Source: a virus (taxonomy: Duplodnaviria > Heunggongvirae > Uroviricota > Caudoviricetes). From it: a stretch of 64,000 bases of DNA. This document shows, piece after piece, positions 55,493 to 63,370 of this stretch. The notes below the pieces were generated by a model. It was not told the origin of the DNA, searched no databases, and was given only the letters and a program-made list of their open reading frames with translations. The stretch is from positions 64,001-128,000 of the IMG/VR virus record IMGVR_UViG_3300013800_000004, one strand, 5' to 3'. A program made the translations under genes and the position numbers. Each line of letters begins with the position of its first letter. The first letter of the stretch is position 1.

Positions 55493-56149
55493 ATGGAAGA
55501 CAAGACGGCCTTCGGTAGGACGACTCCTCGGGACGAGATGGTGATTCGTCGCTGGTGGGCTCGCAAGGCGATGAAGGGGGACCTCTTGTTCTCCGACGGT
55601 GAGACCCTGAGCGGGGTGTGGGGCGACGTAGTCACCCCCCTTGCTGTGTGGCAGGGCTGGGGGACGTTCAAGATGATCCCCACGCAGAACCCCAAGAAGC
55701 GGTCGGTACAGGACGAGATTCGGGAACTCATGCCCGGCAGCGCCGGGCCCTTCGCCTTGGATCCACGCACGGTGGAAGACGCCCTGCGACTCGCAAACAC
55801 AACCAACAACGCAAGGACAGCCATGAACCTCCGCACGTCCCTCATCCGACTGGCCAGCCAGCGGCCCGACCTCCGTCCCGTCCTCCTCCCCCTCCTGGCG
55901 GGTGACAACACCAAGGTGGCCGCGAAGGCGCCGAAGGCAGCCCCGAAGCTCAAGGGCAAGAAGCTCGACGAGGCCATCTCCAAGGCGTACTACCGCCACG
56001 GTGACCGTGTCCAGGTGAACATGATGGACATCGGCAAGATCTACGACGCCGGGAAGAAGGCGTACGAGGCCGCCGACACCGCGGAAGCCGCGGAGGCCGC
56101 CCTCGACGAAGCCATGATCGCCGCCATCGCGAAGTACCGCACGAACTGA
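55493..56149 (+). CDS. hypothetical protein with internal LR..IRLA..P.LRP module
   Basis: RTA-MNLRTSLIRLASQRPDLRPVLLPLLAGDNTKVAAK. Confidence 0.75.
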   Translation: MEDKTAFGRTTPRDEMVIRRWWARKAMKGDLLFSDGETLSGVWGDVVTPLAVWQGWGTFKMIPTQNPKKRSVQDEIRELMPGSAGPFALDPRTVEDALRLANTTNNARTAMNLRTSLIRLASQRPDLRPVLLPLLAGDNTKVAAKAPKAAPKLKGKKLDEAISKAYYRHGDRVQVNMMDIGKIYDAGKKAYEAADTAEAAEAALDEAMIAAIAKYRTN

Positions 56150-56156
56150 GCAACCC

Positions 56157-56750
56157 TCAGCGCCTGGAAAGATACCCCTCCACAACACGGGCGGTCGATG
56201 GAGCGAAGTCCTCTGCACCACATGTCAGGGGGATTGCTGGCACTCTGACGTTGTGGACAACAACGTCAACATCTCTCTCCAGGGCATTTGATGCTACATT
56301 CAGGTACTGGTTGTAGTGGTCTTGGTTCTCGTTCTCCCAAATCTCCACCTTGGACACCGTGTTGTACACGGCAAGGTAGTTGCCGAGCACCTTCTTCTTG
56401 AAGGTGCTCGCAGACATCCCTGGGTTGAACAGAACACGATCAAAGGTCAGGCCAACCTGACTCAGCAACTCGTGCACTCGGGGGCTATGCGCCTTCACAC
56501 GGCCTGTCACCAGCATGGTGAAGGTGCCCGCATCCTTGATGTACGCCCGTGCCGCGCGCACGGCTTTCGTCCAGTAAACCTGTGGAGGGTGCTCGGGCAC
56601 ACAGGGTGGCCCCAGGGACTCCGGCCTCACGAAGAATGAGAACGGGCCGGGATCGTCCCACCAGGGCGGGGTCTTCTCCCACGACTTGAACAAAGTGCCG
56701 TCAAAATCGAACATTACCAGTCGTTGGTATGACCGCGAAGTGCGCCTCAT
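56157..56750 (-). CDS. HAD-superfamily phosphatase, Swiss-Army-Knife RNA-repair-like
   Basis: MFDFDGTLFKS...WW...PESL; MLVTGR; VEIWEN. Confidence 0.75.
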   Translation of the reverse strand: MRRTSRSYQRLVMFDFDGTLFKSWEKTPPWWDDPGPFSFFVRPESLGPPCVPEHPPQVYWTKAVRAARAYIKDAGTFTMLVTGRVKAHSPRVHELLSQVGLTFDRVLFNPGMSASTFKKKVLGNYLAVYNTVSKVEIWENENQDHYNQYLNVASNALERDVDVVVHNVRVPAIPLTCGAEDFAPSTARVVEGYLSRR

Positions 56751-56752
56751 AC

Positions 56753-56791
56753 CCTATCGGGCCCCATAACACCCTTATGGGGCCCGATAGG
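56753..56791. promoter_or_regulatory. symmetric bidirectional class II element (17-bp inverted repeat)
   Basis: CCTATCGGGCCCCATAA-CACCC-TTATGGGGCCCGATAGG between divergent ATGs 56750 and 56794. Confidence 0.7.
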
Positions 56792-56793
56792 AT

Positions 56794-58167
56794 ATGGCAG
56801 AGTTCCCCCTCCCACCCAAGAATGTCATGGTGGTCTCCCCCTTCGTGAAGGGGGATGTGCTGGACATCCGTTGGGACGACCCAAGCAACATTGGCGGGAA
56901 CACTGAGTACGCCATCGTGGGCGTGAACGTGTACAGGAGTGACGCCAGCGACCGAGGCCCCTTCCGGCGGCTGAACAGCTACCCGGTGAGCGGGACGTTC
57001 TTCCGAGACTACACGGACGTGGCGCTCGTGACCCGTGAGGTGGTTCTCTGGGACCAGTGGCAGTCCAAGGGGGACGCATCGAACCTCGCCCGGTGGACGC
57101 TCAAGACCCGGTACCCCATCTCCAAGCCACGCATGGAGGGTGTGGCTGCGAACGCTCCTGAGGACGTGCTGGTGACCATCGACGGCGTCCCCGCTTGGGT
57201 CACAGGGGTGTTCGGGGAAACCCACGAGGTCACACTTGACACGACCAAGGCCCTCAATCCGGCCAACGACCGGGGGGTGGAGGCACCCCTCCCAGGCCCG
57301 GACAGCGAGGTGGTTGTCACCTACTACACGACCAAGAACCTCTTGTACCCGCAGACCATGGTGGACCGGAAGGTGTTCTACCGGGTGACCTCGGTGGCGA
57401 CCGCACCCGTGGGTGCCCCCACCACCACGGGCTACATCGAGACCCCGCTCGACCAGACGGCACCGTCCAGCGACATGCAGATCGAGCAACTTGATTACAT
57501 CTGGCGGGAGGCGATGCGCCGCAACTTGTGGATCTTGAACCAGGGTGGCGAACGGGTGAAGCTGTTTGTCCAGAAGGTCAACGGCGAGGTCTGTCCGTGT
57601 TCAACAGAAGTTGACCCACGGTCTCGTGCCTACAACAAGCAACCCTCGAACAGGTGCAAAATCTGCTACGGGAGCGGGTTTATCGGCGGATTTGAGGGCC
57701 CCTACGACATCATCGTGGCCCCCGACGACGCGGAGAAGCGGATCTCGCAGTCGGCCACGGGACGGCGCAAGGAGCACAGCTACGAGGTGTGGATGAGCTT
57801 CTCACCCATTGTCTCGCAGCGGGACTTCATCCTCAAGCAGAACAACGAGCGGTACTCCATTGGCCCCGTCCGTCGGCCTACGAACCGTGGCAACGTGATG
57901 CAGCAGCACTTCAACATCGCGTACCTGGACCCCCCGGACATCCGGTACGAGGTGCCGGTGGACATCACCATCGCGTCGCCCAACCTCCCGTGGCCACAAA
58001 CCCGGTACACCTACCGTCCCATTCGGGAGACCTACGACCGGGACACGAGCGCACCTTGGCCGGTCACCCCCGACGCAGTTCTCCCGATGTCCACGAACAA
58101 GGAGGACGTGCCCGACGGCATCCAAGAGCGGGGCCGTACCGGGACGAACTCCAACATCGTGTACTGA
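56794..58167 (+). CDS. probable virion neck/head-completion protein
   Basis: GGERVKLF...CPC...CKICYGSGF...SPIVSQRDFI...RYSI; class II motif upstream. Confidence 0.55.
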   Translation: MAEFPLPPKNVMVVSPFVKGDVLDIRWDDPSNIGGNTEYAIVGVNVYRSDASDRGPFRRLNSYPVSGTFFRDYTDVALVTREVVLWDQWQSKGDASNLARWTLKTRYPISKPRMEGVAANAPEDVLVTIDGVPAWVTGVFGETHEVTLDTTKALNPANDRGVEAPLPGPDSEVVVTYYTTKNLLYPQTMVDRKVFYRVTSVATAPVGAPTTTGYIETPLDQTAPSSDMQIEQLDYIWREAMRRNLWILNQGGERVKLFVQKVNGEVCPCSTEVDPRSRAYNKQPSNRCKICYGSGFIGGFEGPYDIIVAPDDAEKRISQSATGRRKEHSYEVWMSFSPIVSQRDFILKQNNERYSIGPVRRPTNRGNVMQQHFNIAYLDPPDIRYEVPVDITIASPNLPWPQTRYTYRPIRETYDRDTSAPWPVTPDAVLPMSTNKEDVPDGIQERGRTGTNSNIVY

Positions 58168-58232
58168 CGCACTTGCCAGTCCGTAAGCGCAGCGAGCCGT
58201 CCAGCTTCGGCACATGCTTGGCGGCCCATGGC

Positions 58233-58499
58233 TCACATCACGAGGTGGATGAGGTACCCGAAGAACAGACCCACCAAGTTGAACAGGATGGAGTAGGTGA
58301 TTGTCTCGAACTTGATCTGCTTCTTCGGGTCGCTGACACCACGCACGGTGGTGAGGATGAAGTTGATGCCTATGGCGTGGACGACGCTGATGGCAGGCAC
58401 CCCCAGGGGGGTGACAAACCACTTCCACAGGAGCGCCAAACAGAGCCCGCTGATGGACACAGCGACGAGTGACCACAGGAACTTGAAGAGGTTTTCCAT
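58233..58499 (-). CDS. small membrane protein
   Basis: Three hydrophobic segments; CGGCGTAA 11 nt upstream. Confidence 0.75.
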   Translation of the reverse strand: MENLFKFLWSLVAVSISGLCLALLWKWFVTPLGVPAISVVHAIGINFILTTVRGVSDPKKQIKFETITYSILFNLVGLFFGYLIHLVM

Positions 58500-58526
58500 G
58501 ATGATGTACCTTACGCCGTGATGGCG

Positions 58527-59273
58527 TCAGCCCAGTCGAGGGACCCCAGCGATCCCGGACATCCGTTCGGCCATGCGGTCCATGGCGGTCTTGAAGTACG
58601 CCGCCACGGTCGGGAAGTCCTCGGGGGTCACGTTACGGACGATCACCCCTCGGGAGGCGCCCTTGCGGGGGTGGATCATCCACAGTTGGAGGGCCAGACG
58701 TGGCTGCGCCTCCGTGTAGTTGTTCCCGTGACCGTCGCAGGTTGGGCATTTGCCATACACCCCGAGGCGCTTGGCACGGGCCTCCACGCAGATCATCTGG
58801 TTGATCGCGTCGTGCCCGAGGCCGCGGCCCTTGGCCCAGGTGTTGACCTCCTCCGGGGTCGGGATGTAGGGGATGCCCTCGTAGGGCACCAATTTCGTGT
58901 CCTGCCAGACCATCCATTGGGATGTCTGGCGGTCGAAGTAGCCGTTGAATCCCTTGGTGAGATCCCGGAGACGCCCCTCCTCGACGAGGGACGCCACCTC
59001 CCCGTGGGTGATGTTGGTGTCCCACCGGTCCTTCGGGTTGCGGTTCCCGTACCAGTCGTCCGAGATCTTGCGAGTCGCCGGGTTGTACCCTGACTGCCCG
59101 CAATCCCCACAGGGCGCGGTCTTCCGGTCGATGAAGTAGTAGCCGTGGACGAGCTCATTGAGCTCATCTTGGGACCACAGGTGAGCGACCGACTCCACCT
59201 CTTGAGCCCCCCACCCATCCTTCTGGGTCATATAGTCCTCGTGGTTGCCCCAGTAGGGGTAGCTGGGGTTCAT
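58527..59273 (-). CDS. hypothetical protein with two CxxCxGxG zinc knuckles
   Basis: CGDCGQSG and CPTCDGHG. Confidence 0.8.
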   Translation of the reverse strand: MNPSYPYWGNHEDYMTQKDGWGAQEVESVAHLWSQDELNELVHGYYFIDRKTAPCGDCGQSGYNPATRKISDDWYGNRNPKDRWDTNITHGEVASLVEEGRLRDLTKGFNGYFDRQTSQWMVWQDTKLVPYEGIPYIPTPEEVNTWAKGRGLGHDAINQMICVEARAKRLGVYGKCPTCDGHGNNYTEAQPRLALQLWMIHPRKGASRGVIVRNVTPEDFPTVAAYFKTAMDRMAERMSGIAGVPRLG

Positions 59274-59335
59274 CTTGGGGCTTCAAGACGGGCGGCTTCC
59301 TTGATGTCACTCTCATCGGTCGGGTACGTTCGCAT
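59270..59335 (-). CDS. 21-aa leader ORF
   Basis: Class I motif 7 nt upstream; ATGA coupling to the 59273 start. Confidence 0.4.
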   Translation of the reverse strand: MRTYPTDESDIKEAARLEAPR

Positions 59336-59380
59336 GGGTGTATTACGCCCACGGTGACGGTCCTATGACTCTCCTCCGGT

Positions 59381-59854
59381 ATGCAATCCCAACGTGACGC
59401 AGGGTTCCTGGACTTCCTGAAGAAGCGGGCACCCGCTCCGCCCCGGTCGAACCCTCTTTCCAAGCTCATCGACCCGGATGTGGTCGAGAACTACCTCAAG
59501 TCCAAGACCCACATGAACATCACAGGGGTGACCGTTGAACCCCTTGGGTTTGGAGTGTCACTCACTGTGACCGCGTACGAGGAGATGCCCCTCAACCGCA
59601 CACGCAGCCTTGAGGGCGCGATGGACCCGATGGTGAGTGTGATCGAGGACTATCTCCACGCCCCTGTGGACGCGCATGTGTCCCTGGACATGGACAACCC
59701 CCTCTTCGATCCGAACGACGGGCTGATGATCTACAAGATCCTCCTCAAGGCCGACCGCCCCTTGGAGATGGTTAGGAATGCCAGTGCGAGGCGGGTCGCC
59801 ACGCGCGTGATGCTCCTTGACCTACTGGCTGGAGTAACCCCGGAGACTGAGTAG
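59381..59854 (+). CDS. hypothetical, probably virion, protein
   Basis: CTAT motif 14 nt upstream; C-terminal ASARRVATRV. Confidence 0.7.
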   Translation: MQSQRDAGFLDFLKKRAPAPPRSNPLSKLIDPDVVENYLKSKTHMNITGVTVEPLGFGVSLTVTAYEEMPLNRTRSLEGAMDPMVSVIEDYLHAPVDAHVSLDMDNPLFDPNDGLMIYKILLKADRPLEMVRNASARRVATRVMLLDLLAGVTPETE

Positions 59855-59908
59855 ACCAAGGATCACCCCCGTTGTGGGTGATTTATGGTTCTATCGCCTC
59901 CGGCGAGT

Positions 59909-60823
59909 ATGGGAAATCATTCAGAGGCAATCCGCAAAGTTCTCAATGCGAAGCCCGGGGCTGGCGCAAGGTCGCTTCGAGCCAAGGCCGAGTTTGAGGA
60001 GCAGTTCGACAGTGCGTCCAAGTTGGACGCGGTGGATCCCGCCATCGCCAGGATCATGGTCGACTCGGGGTTGGAAGATGGGGCGGACCCGGGGGACGAC
60101 AAAGTGTCGGTCTCCAAGGCGACTTGGTCCGCCGCGGACCTCAAGCCCTCCCAGACCTCTATCGTCCTGGGCAAGGTGGTGGGGATGGCCATTGGGATGC
60201 TGATCTCCAACAAGATCGGCGGGAACCTTGGGGCCATCGTCTCCAGCGACGGCTACATCATGGACGGTCACCACCGTTGGGCCGCGACGATCCTGGCGGG
60301 AGGAAAGTCGGGGAAGGTCGGTGGGTACAAGGCTGCCCTCAAGGGGCCTGACCTGCTGAGGGTTCTGAACATCCTCACCAAGGGTCTCTTCGGGGTCGGC
60401 GGAGGCAAGGCGGGCAAGGGGGCGATCTCGGACCTGACCCCTGCCAAGGTCAAAGCCGCCATGCAGGACGCCTCGGAGAAGGGGATCTCGGGGGAGTTTC
60501 CTATCTCCGCTGAGAAGATCACAAAGGCTCTGGAGTCGCACTTTGGCTCGGTGGATGAGGGGATTGAGGAGATGGCTGCGAATGCCAAGCTCATCGACAC
60601 CTCGACGCCGGGGTGGGCGCCGGACCGGAAGCAGATGCCAGTGATTGAGCCCGAGCAAGTCCCCGAGGCCGCCGCTGCTCTGTCCGAAGGGGTCGTCGAT
60701 TGGCACGCCCCCTTCAAGCAGGCACAGCTTCGTGTGGCCACCATCCAGCTGGCCATCGACAACCCTGGCCCCGTGCGGGACGCTCTTCTCCCAATCCTCA
60801 AGAGGACCGCGGGCAAGGTCTGA
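59909..60823 (+). CDS. ParB/Srx-like domain protein with C-terminal LR..I.LA..NP module
   Basis: DLKPSQ...IVSSDGYIMDGHHRWAA; ends QLRVATIQLAIDNPGPVRDALLPILKRTAGKV. Confidence 0.8.
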   Translation: MGNHSEAIRKVLNAKPGAGARSLRAKAEFEEQFDSASKLDAVDPAIARIMVDSGLEDGADPGDDKVSVSKATWSAADLKPSQTSIVLGKVVGMAIGMLISNKIGGNLGAIVSSDGYIMDGHHRWAATILAGGKSGKVGGYKAALKGPDLLRVLNILTKGLFGVGGGKAGKGAISDLTPAKVKAAMQDASEKGISGEFPISAEKITKALESHFGSVDEGIEEMAANAKLIDTSTPGWAPDRKQMPVIEPEQVPEAAAALSEGVVDWHAPFKQAQLRVATIQLAIDNPGPVRDALLPILKRTAGKV

Positions 60824-60856
60824 TACGTAGTCGCGGGCTCATGGCGTAAGAGAGCC

Positions 60857-61711
60857 ATGAGCCCGCCCGGCATCTACGGCATTGAGACTCGCGCCTGTGA
60901 CCCCGACAACCCCGCTTTCCTCGGGGAGGCCGGGACGTACTTGATCCGCGAGCTTGACGGCTCCTCGGGGGACGTCGAGGTATACGACGCCCTCCAAGAC
61001 CTCCCCGCCCACAACTCCCCGATCCTGGTCGCAGTCACGGACGACGCCGAGTACTTCTTCGGCGTCCACCCTCACTTCGGCCTCGTGCCGCAGCTCGAAG
61101 TCCTGCCCGGTCCCGACGGGCAGATCGCAGAGTACTGGCCGATGTACGAGGAGCTCGGCTTGGGGGTGGACGAGGGGGGCTGGGACGTGCCCTACCCCCT
61201 CCCCACGGGCGACCTCCACTGGGTCGCCTACGTGCCCCCCACCCCCCGGAGTGGGTTTCAGATGGGCCCCCCCGGCAAGACCCGCCGCGTCGACCTCCCC
61301 GGCGGGTGGGTCTCGAAGACGACCACAACGGTGCGCGAGTGGAACCTGTACGCGGCGGCGGTGGGGAAGCCATTGAAGCCGACGGAGGGAAAGCGCAACG
61401 GGGGCGAAGTGGACCTCTCGCACCATCCGGTCACGGAGGTCTCCTGGTACGATGCGTGCAACTGGTGCGAGTGGGCCGGGCTCGCCCTCCCCTCCGAGGA
61501 GCTCTGGGAGTGGACGGCCCGGGGCCCGGACGAGCGCACCTACCCGTGGGGGAACGCGCCCCCCGATGACGACAACTGTGTCTCCTCCTGCGTGACGGGA
61601 CGGGACGGGACGGACACGATCCTCGCGTGTCCGGGCGGGGACGGGCCCTTTGGGCACCGGCAAATGGTCGGCAACGTGTGGGTGTGGACGTCGACGCCGT
61701 GGACGTCATAG
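60857..61711 (+). CDS. FGE-sulfatase (C-type lectin fold) domain protein lacking the C-terminal RGG.W...GFR segment
   Basis: HPVTEVSWYDA..WC.WAG..LPSEELWE..ARG....YPWG...GPFG..QMVGNVWVW, then stop 7 residues later. Confidence 0.9.
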   Translation: MSPPGIYGIETRACDPDNPAFLGEAGTYLIRELDGSSGDVEVYDALQDLPAHNSPILVAVTDDAEYFFGVHPHFGLVPQLEVLPGPDGQIAEYWPMYEELGLGVDEGGWDVPYPLPTGDLHWVAYVPPTPRSGFQMGPPGKTRRVDLPGGWVSKTTTTVREWNLYAAAVGKPLKPTEGKRNGGEVDLSHHPVTEVSWYDACNWCEWAGLALPSEELWEWTARGPDERTYPWGNAPPDDDNCVSSCVTGRDGTDTILACPGGDGPFGHRQMVGNVWVWTSTPWTS

Positions 61712-61881
61712 CGCCCCGGTCTCGGGTTGTCTCATCCCGCGTCTGCCGTAGCAGGTGTTGGGACCACCCTGTTCCTGCCAGGATGTTCGCGTTCCACCGC
61801 AGCGGAACGCTGCCGTCGCATCGCTACAACGTCATCGGGTTTCGAGCATCGAGGGGCTGTAGGAGGGGGAAGGGGTCGTGA
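61699..61881 (+). CDS. FGE/CLec C-terminal cassette 1
   Basis: RVCRSRCW-X25-GFRASRGCRR; start uncertain (GTG 61699 or 61684); -1 frame relative to the FGE gene. Confidence 0.75.
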   Translation: MDVIAPRSRVVSSRVCRSRCWDHPVPARMFAFHRSGTLPSHRYNVIGFRASRGCRRGKGS

Positions 61882-62039
61882 ATCCCTATCTCATCATCCC
61901 CGTCACCGTCCGCGGCGACTCTTGGGCGAAACTCCCGATCCTCGCCCGAGACGCTGGGGACCGTAGTTGGCAGTTCCCGGAGGACTCCTACCCCACCGGA
62001 GGGTTCCGAGCGTCAAGGCGTTGCAAGAGGGCAAAGTGA
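61878..62039 (+). CDS. FGE/CLec C-terminal cassette 2 (53 aa, absent from the ORF track)
   Basis: VTVRGDSW-X25-GFRASRRCKR; GTGA overlap and AGGAGG upstream. Confidence 0.8.
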   Translation: MNPYLIIPVTVRGDSWAKLPILARDAGDRSWQFPEDSYPTGGFRASRRCKRAK

Positions 62040-62056
62040 GAAAGTCGAGTAACCTA

Positions 62057-62242
62057 ATGGAGCCCTTCCGCATCCATCGTGGTTGGTGCTGGATCATCGA
62101 CCTTCCTGTCAGGGTGCGCGCGGCGCGTAGATTCAGGGACGCGCTCGTGTTCCGGGACGTCAACGTCGGGTTCCGAGCGTCTCGTGGGTGCAAGCGGTGC
62201 CCTGCGGAGAGAGCAGACCGAGCCCCGAGCTATGCCCGGTAG
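62057..62242 (+). CDS. FGE/CLec C-terminal cassette 3
   Basis: RIHRGWCW-X25-GFRASRGCKR; ATG 62057. Confidence 0.8.
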   Translation: MEPFRIHRGWCWIIDLPVRVRAARRFRDALVFRDVNVGFRASRGCKRCPAERADRAPSYAR

Positions 62243-62484
62243 ACGTGCTGAAGAAGCGTCATTGACATGTAGTGCATCGCGCAGTGCATGACCTCCCCTT
62301 GCACGGCTTCTGGCACGTCGGAGAGCCGGGTGTAGTGCGAGAAAGACCCCCCCTTGAAGCTCACCGTGACCAGCACCCCATCCCGGTTGAAGATGGTGTC
62401 GTAGGTGGCCCCGTGGGGGGTGAGGTGCGATTCGGCTACGCCCCGAATCTCATCCTCGATCATCTTGGCGTTGTACACTGTCAC
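62230..62484 (-). CDS. hypothetical protein
   Basis: 84 aa; GTGA overlap. Confidence 0.65.
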   Translation of the reverse strand: MTVYNAKMIEDEIRGVAESHLTPHGATYDTIFNRDGVLVTVSFKGGSFSHYTRLSDVPEAVQGEVMHCAMHYMSMTLLQHVYRA

Positions 62485-63086
62485 CTCTTCATGCCCAGCA
62501 TGGTCAGAAGGTCATAACCTTCCACATCTCGCAGCGCATCCTGAAGAGACTTCTTGGCACTCTTGGGAGGGGGGGCAGGCGGGGGCGGAAGGGCAGGCGG
62601 AGTCCTCGGTGCCGTCCGACGCATGGCCTCAGCCAAGGACATCCGAGGCCGCACATCCGCCACGGGCGAAGGAGCCACGGGTGTAGGGGCGGGGAGTGCG
62701 GCTTTGGACCCCTTGACGGCTTTGGGCCCCTTGATGGGTTCAGCCTTCGCCCTCACGACCTTCGGGAAAGCCTTCCCCGTTGGAGGAGTGGCCAGCACTC
62801 GGATCTCAGGGTCACGCCCCTGAGAGTCCTTGATGACCGACGCAAATGCTTTGCCACACGGGTCACAGTAGGGGTGCCAAGGGCAGTTCTCCCTGGCAAA
62901 GGGCTGCATGGACTGTGTGGCGTAGGTGCCATCCTGGCAGCTACGGCACAGTGGGTACACCTTTGACGGTGTACCGACATCCTTAGTGTCGGAGGTGCTG
63001 TTCATGGGTTCAACAATGGGCTGGAGGGGAGGGCGGTCGAACATTGGCGGGGGGGAGGATCGCCGTCCCACCGCCATCCTCTTCAA
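62481..63086 (-). CDS. hypothetical protein with Cys cluster and Pro/Lys-rich linker; start uncertain
   Basis: CRSC...CPWHPYCDPC. Confidence 0.6.
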   Translation of the reverse strand: MKRMAVGRRSSPPPMFDRPPLQPIVEPMNSTSDTKDVGTPSKVYPLCRSCQDGTYATQSMQPFARENCPWHPYCDPCGKAFASVIKDSQGRDPEIRVLATPPTGKAFPKVVRAKAEPIKGPKAVKGSKAALPAPTPVAPSPVADVRPRMSLAEAMRRTAPRTPPALPPPPAPPPKSAKKSLQDALRDVEGYDLLTMLGMKR

Positions 63087-63110
63087 CCCACTGGTGGCAC
63101 CATACCTCCA

Positions 63111-63302
63111 TCAGGAAGGTGTGTTCTGCCGGAGGTAGGCGTCAACCAAGGCCTGGACACACTCCTCGACCCGAAGTTTGGGGTCATTGAACCCTGCCGT
63201 GGCGAGGATTTCTCGGAGAGCCTCTTCAGCGGAGAGGCTCTCGTCCAGGTACGATGCCATCGCTCGAATGAGCAAGTCATCATCGGGGGGCAGGTTGGAC
63301 AT
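63111..63302 (-). CDS. small hypothetical protein
   Basis: Start reassigned to ATG 63302, 7 nt from the class I motif at 63310-63317. Confidence 0.65.
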   Translation of the reverse strand: MSNLPPDDDLLIRAMASYLDESLSAEEALREILATAGFNDPKLRVEECVQALVDAYLRQNTPS

Positions 63303-63370
63303 GGAGGTGTTACGCCCCTCAGGATCTTGCGCGGCCCCATTTTGTTGTGGCGTAATCCTCGCCAGACACC

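Noticed and set aside
61699-62242. Classical DGR template/variable repeat pair
   Set aside because: The cassettes differ at many non-adenine positions, none is an AAC-rich template, and no reverse transcriptase or Avd gene is in the window. One elsewhere in the genome cannot be excluded.
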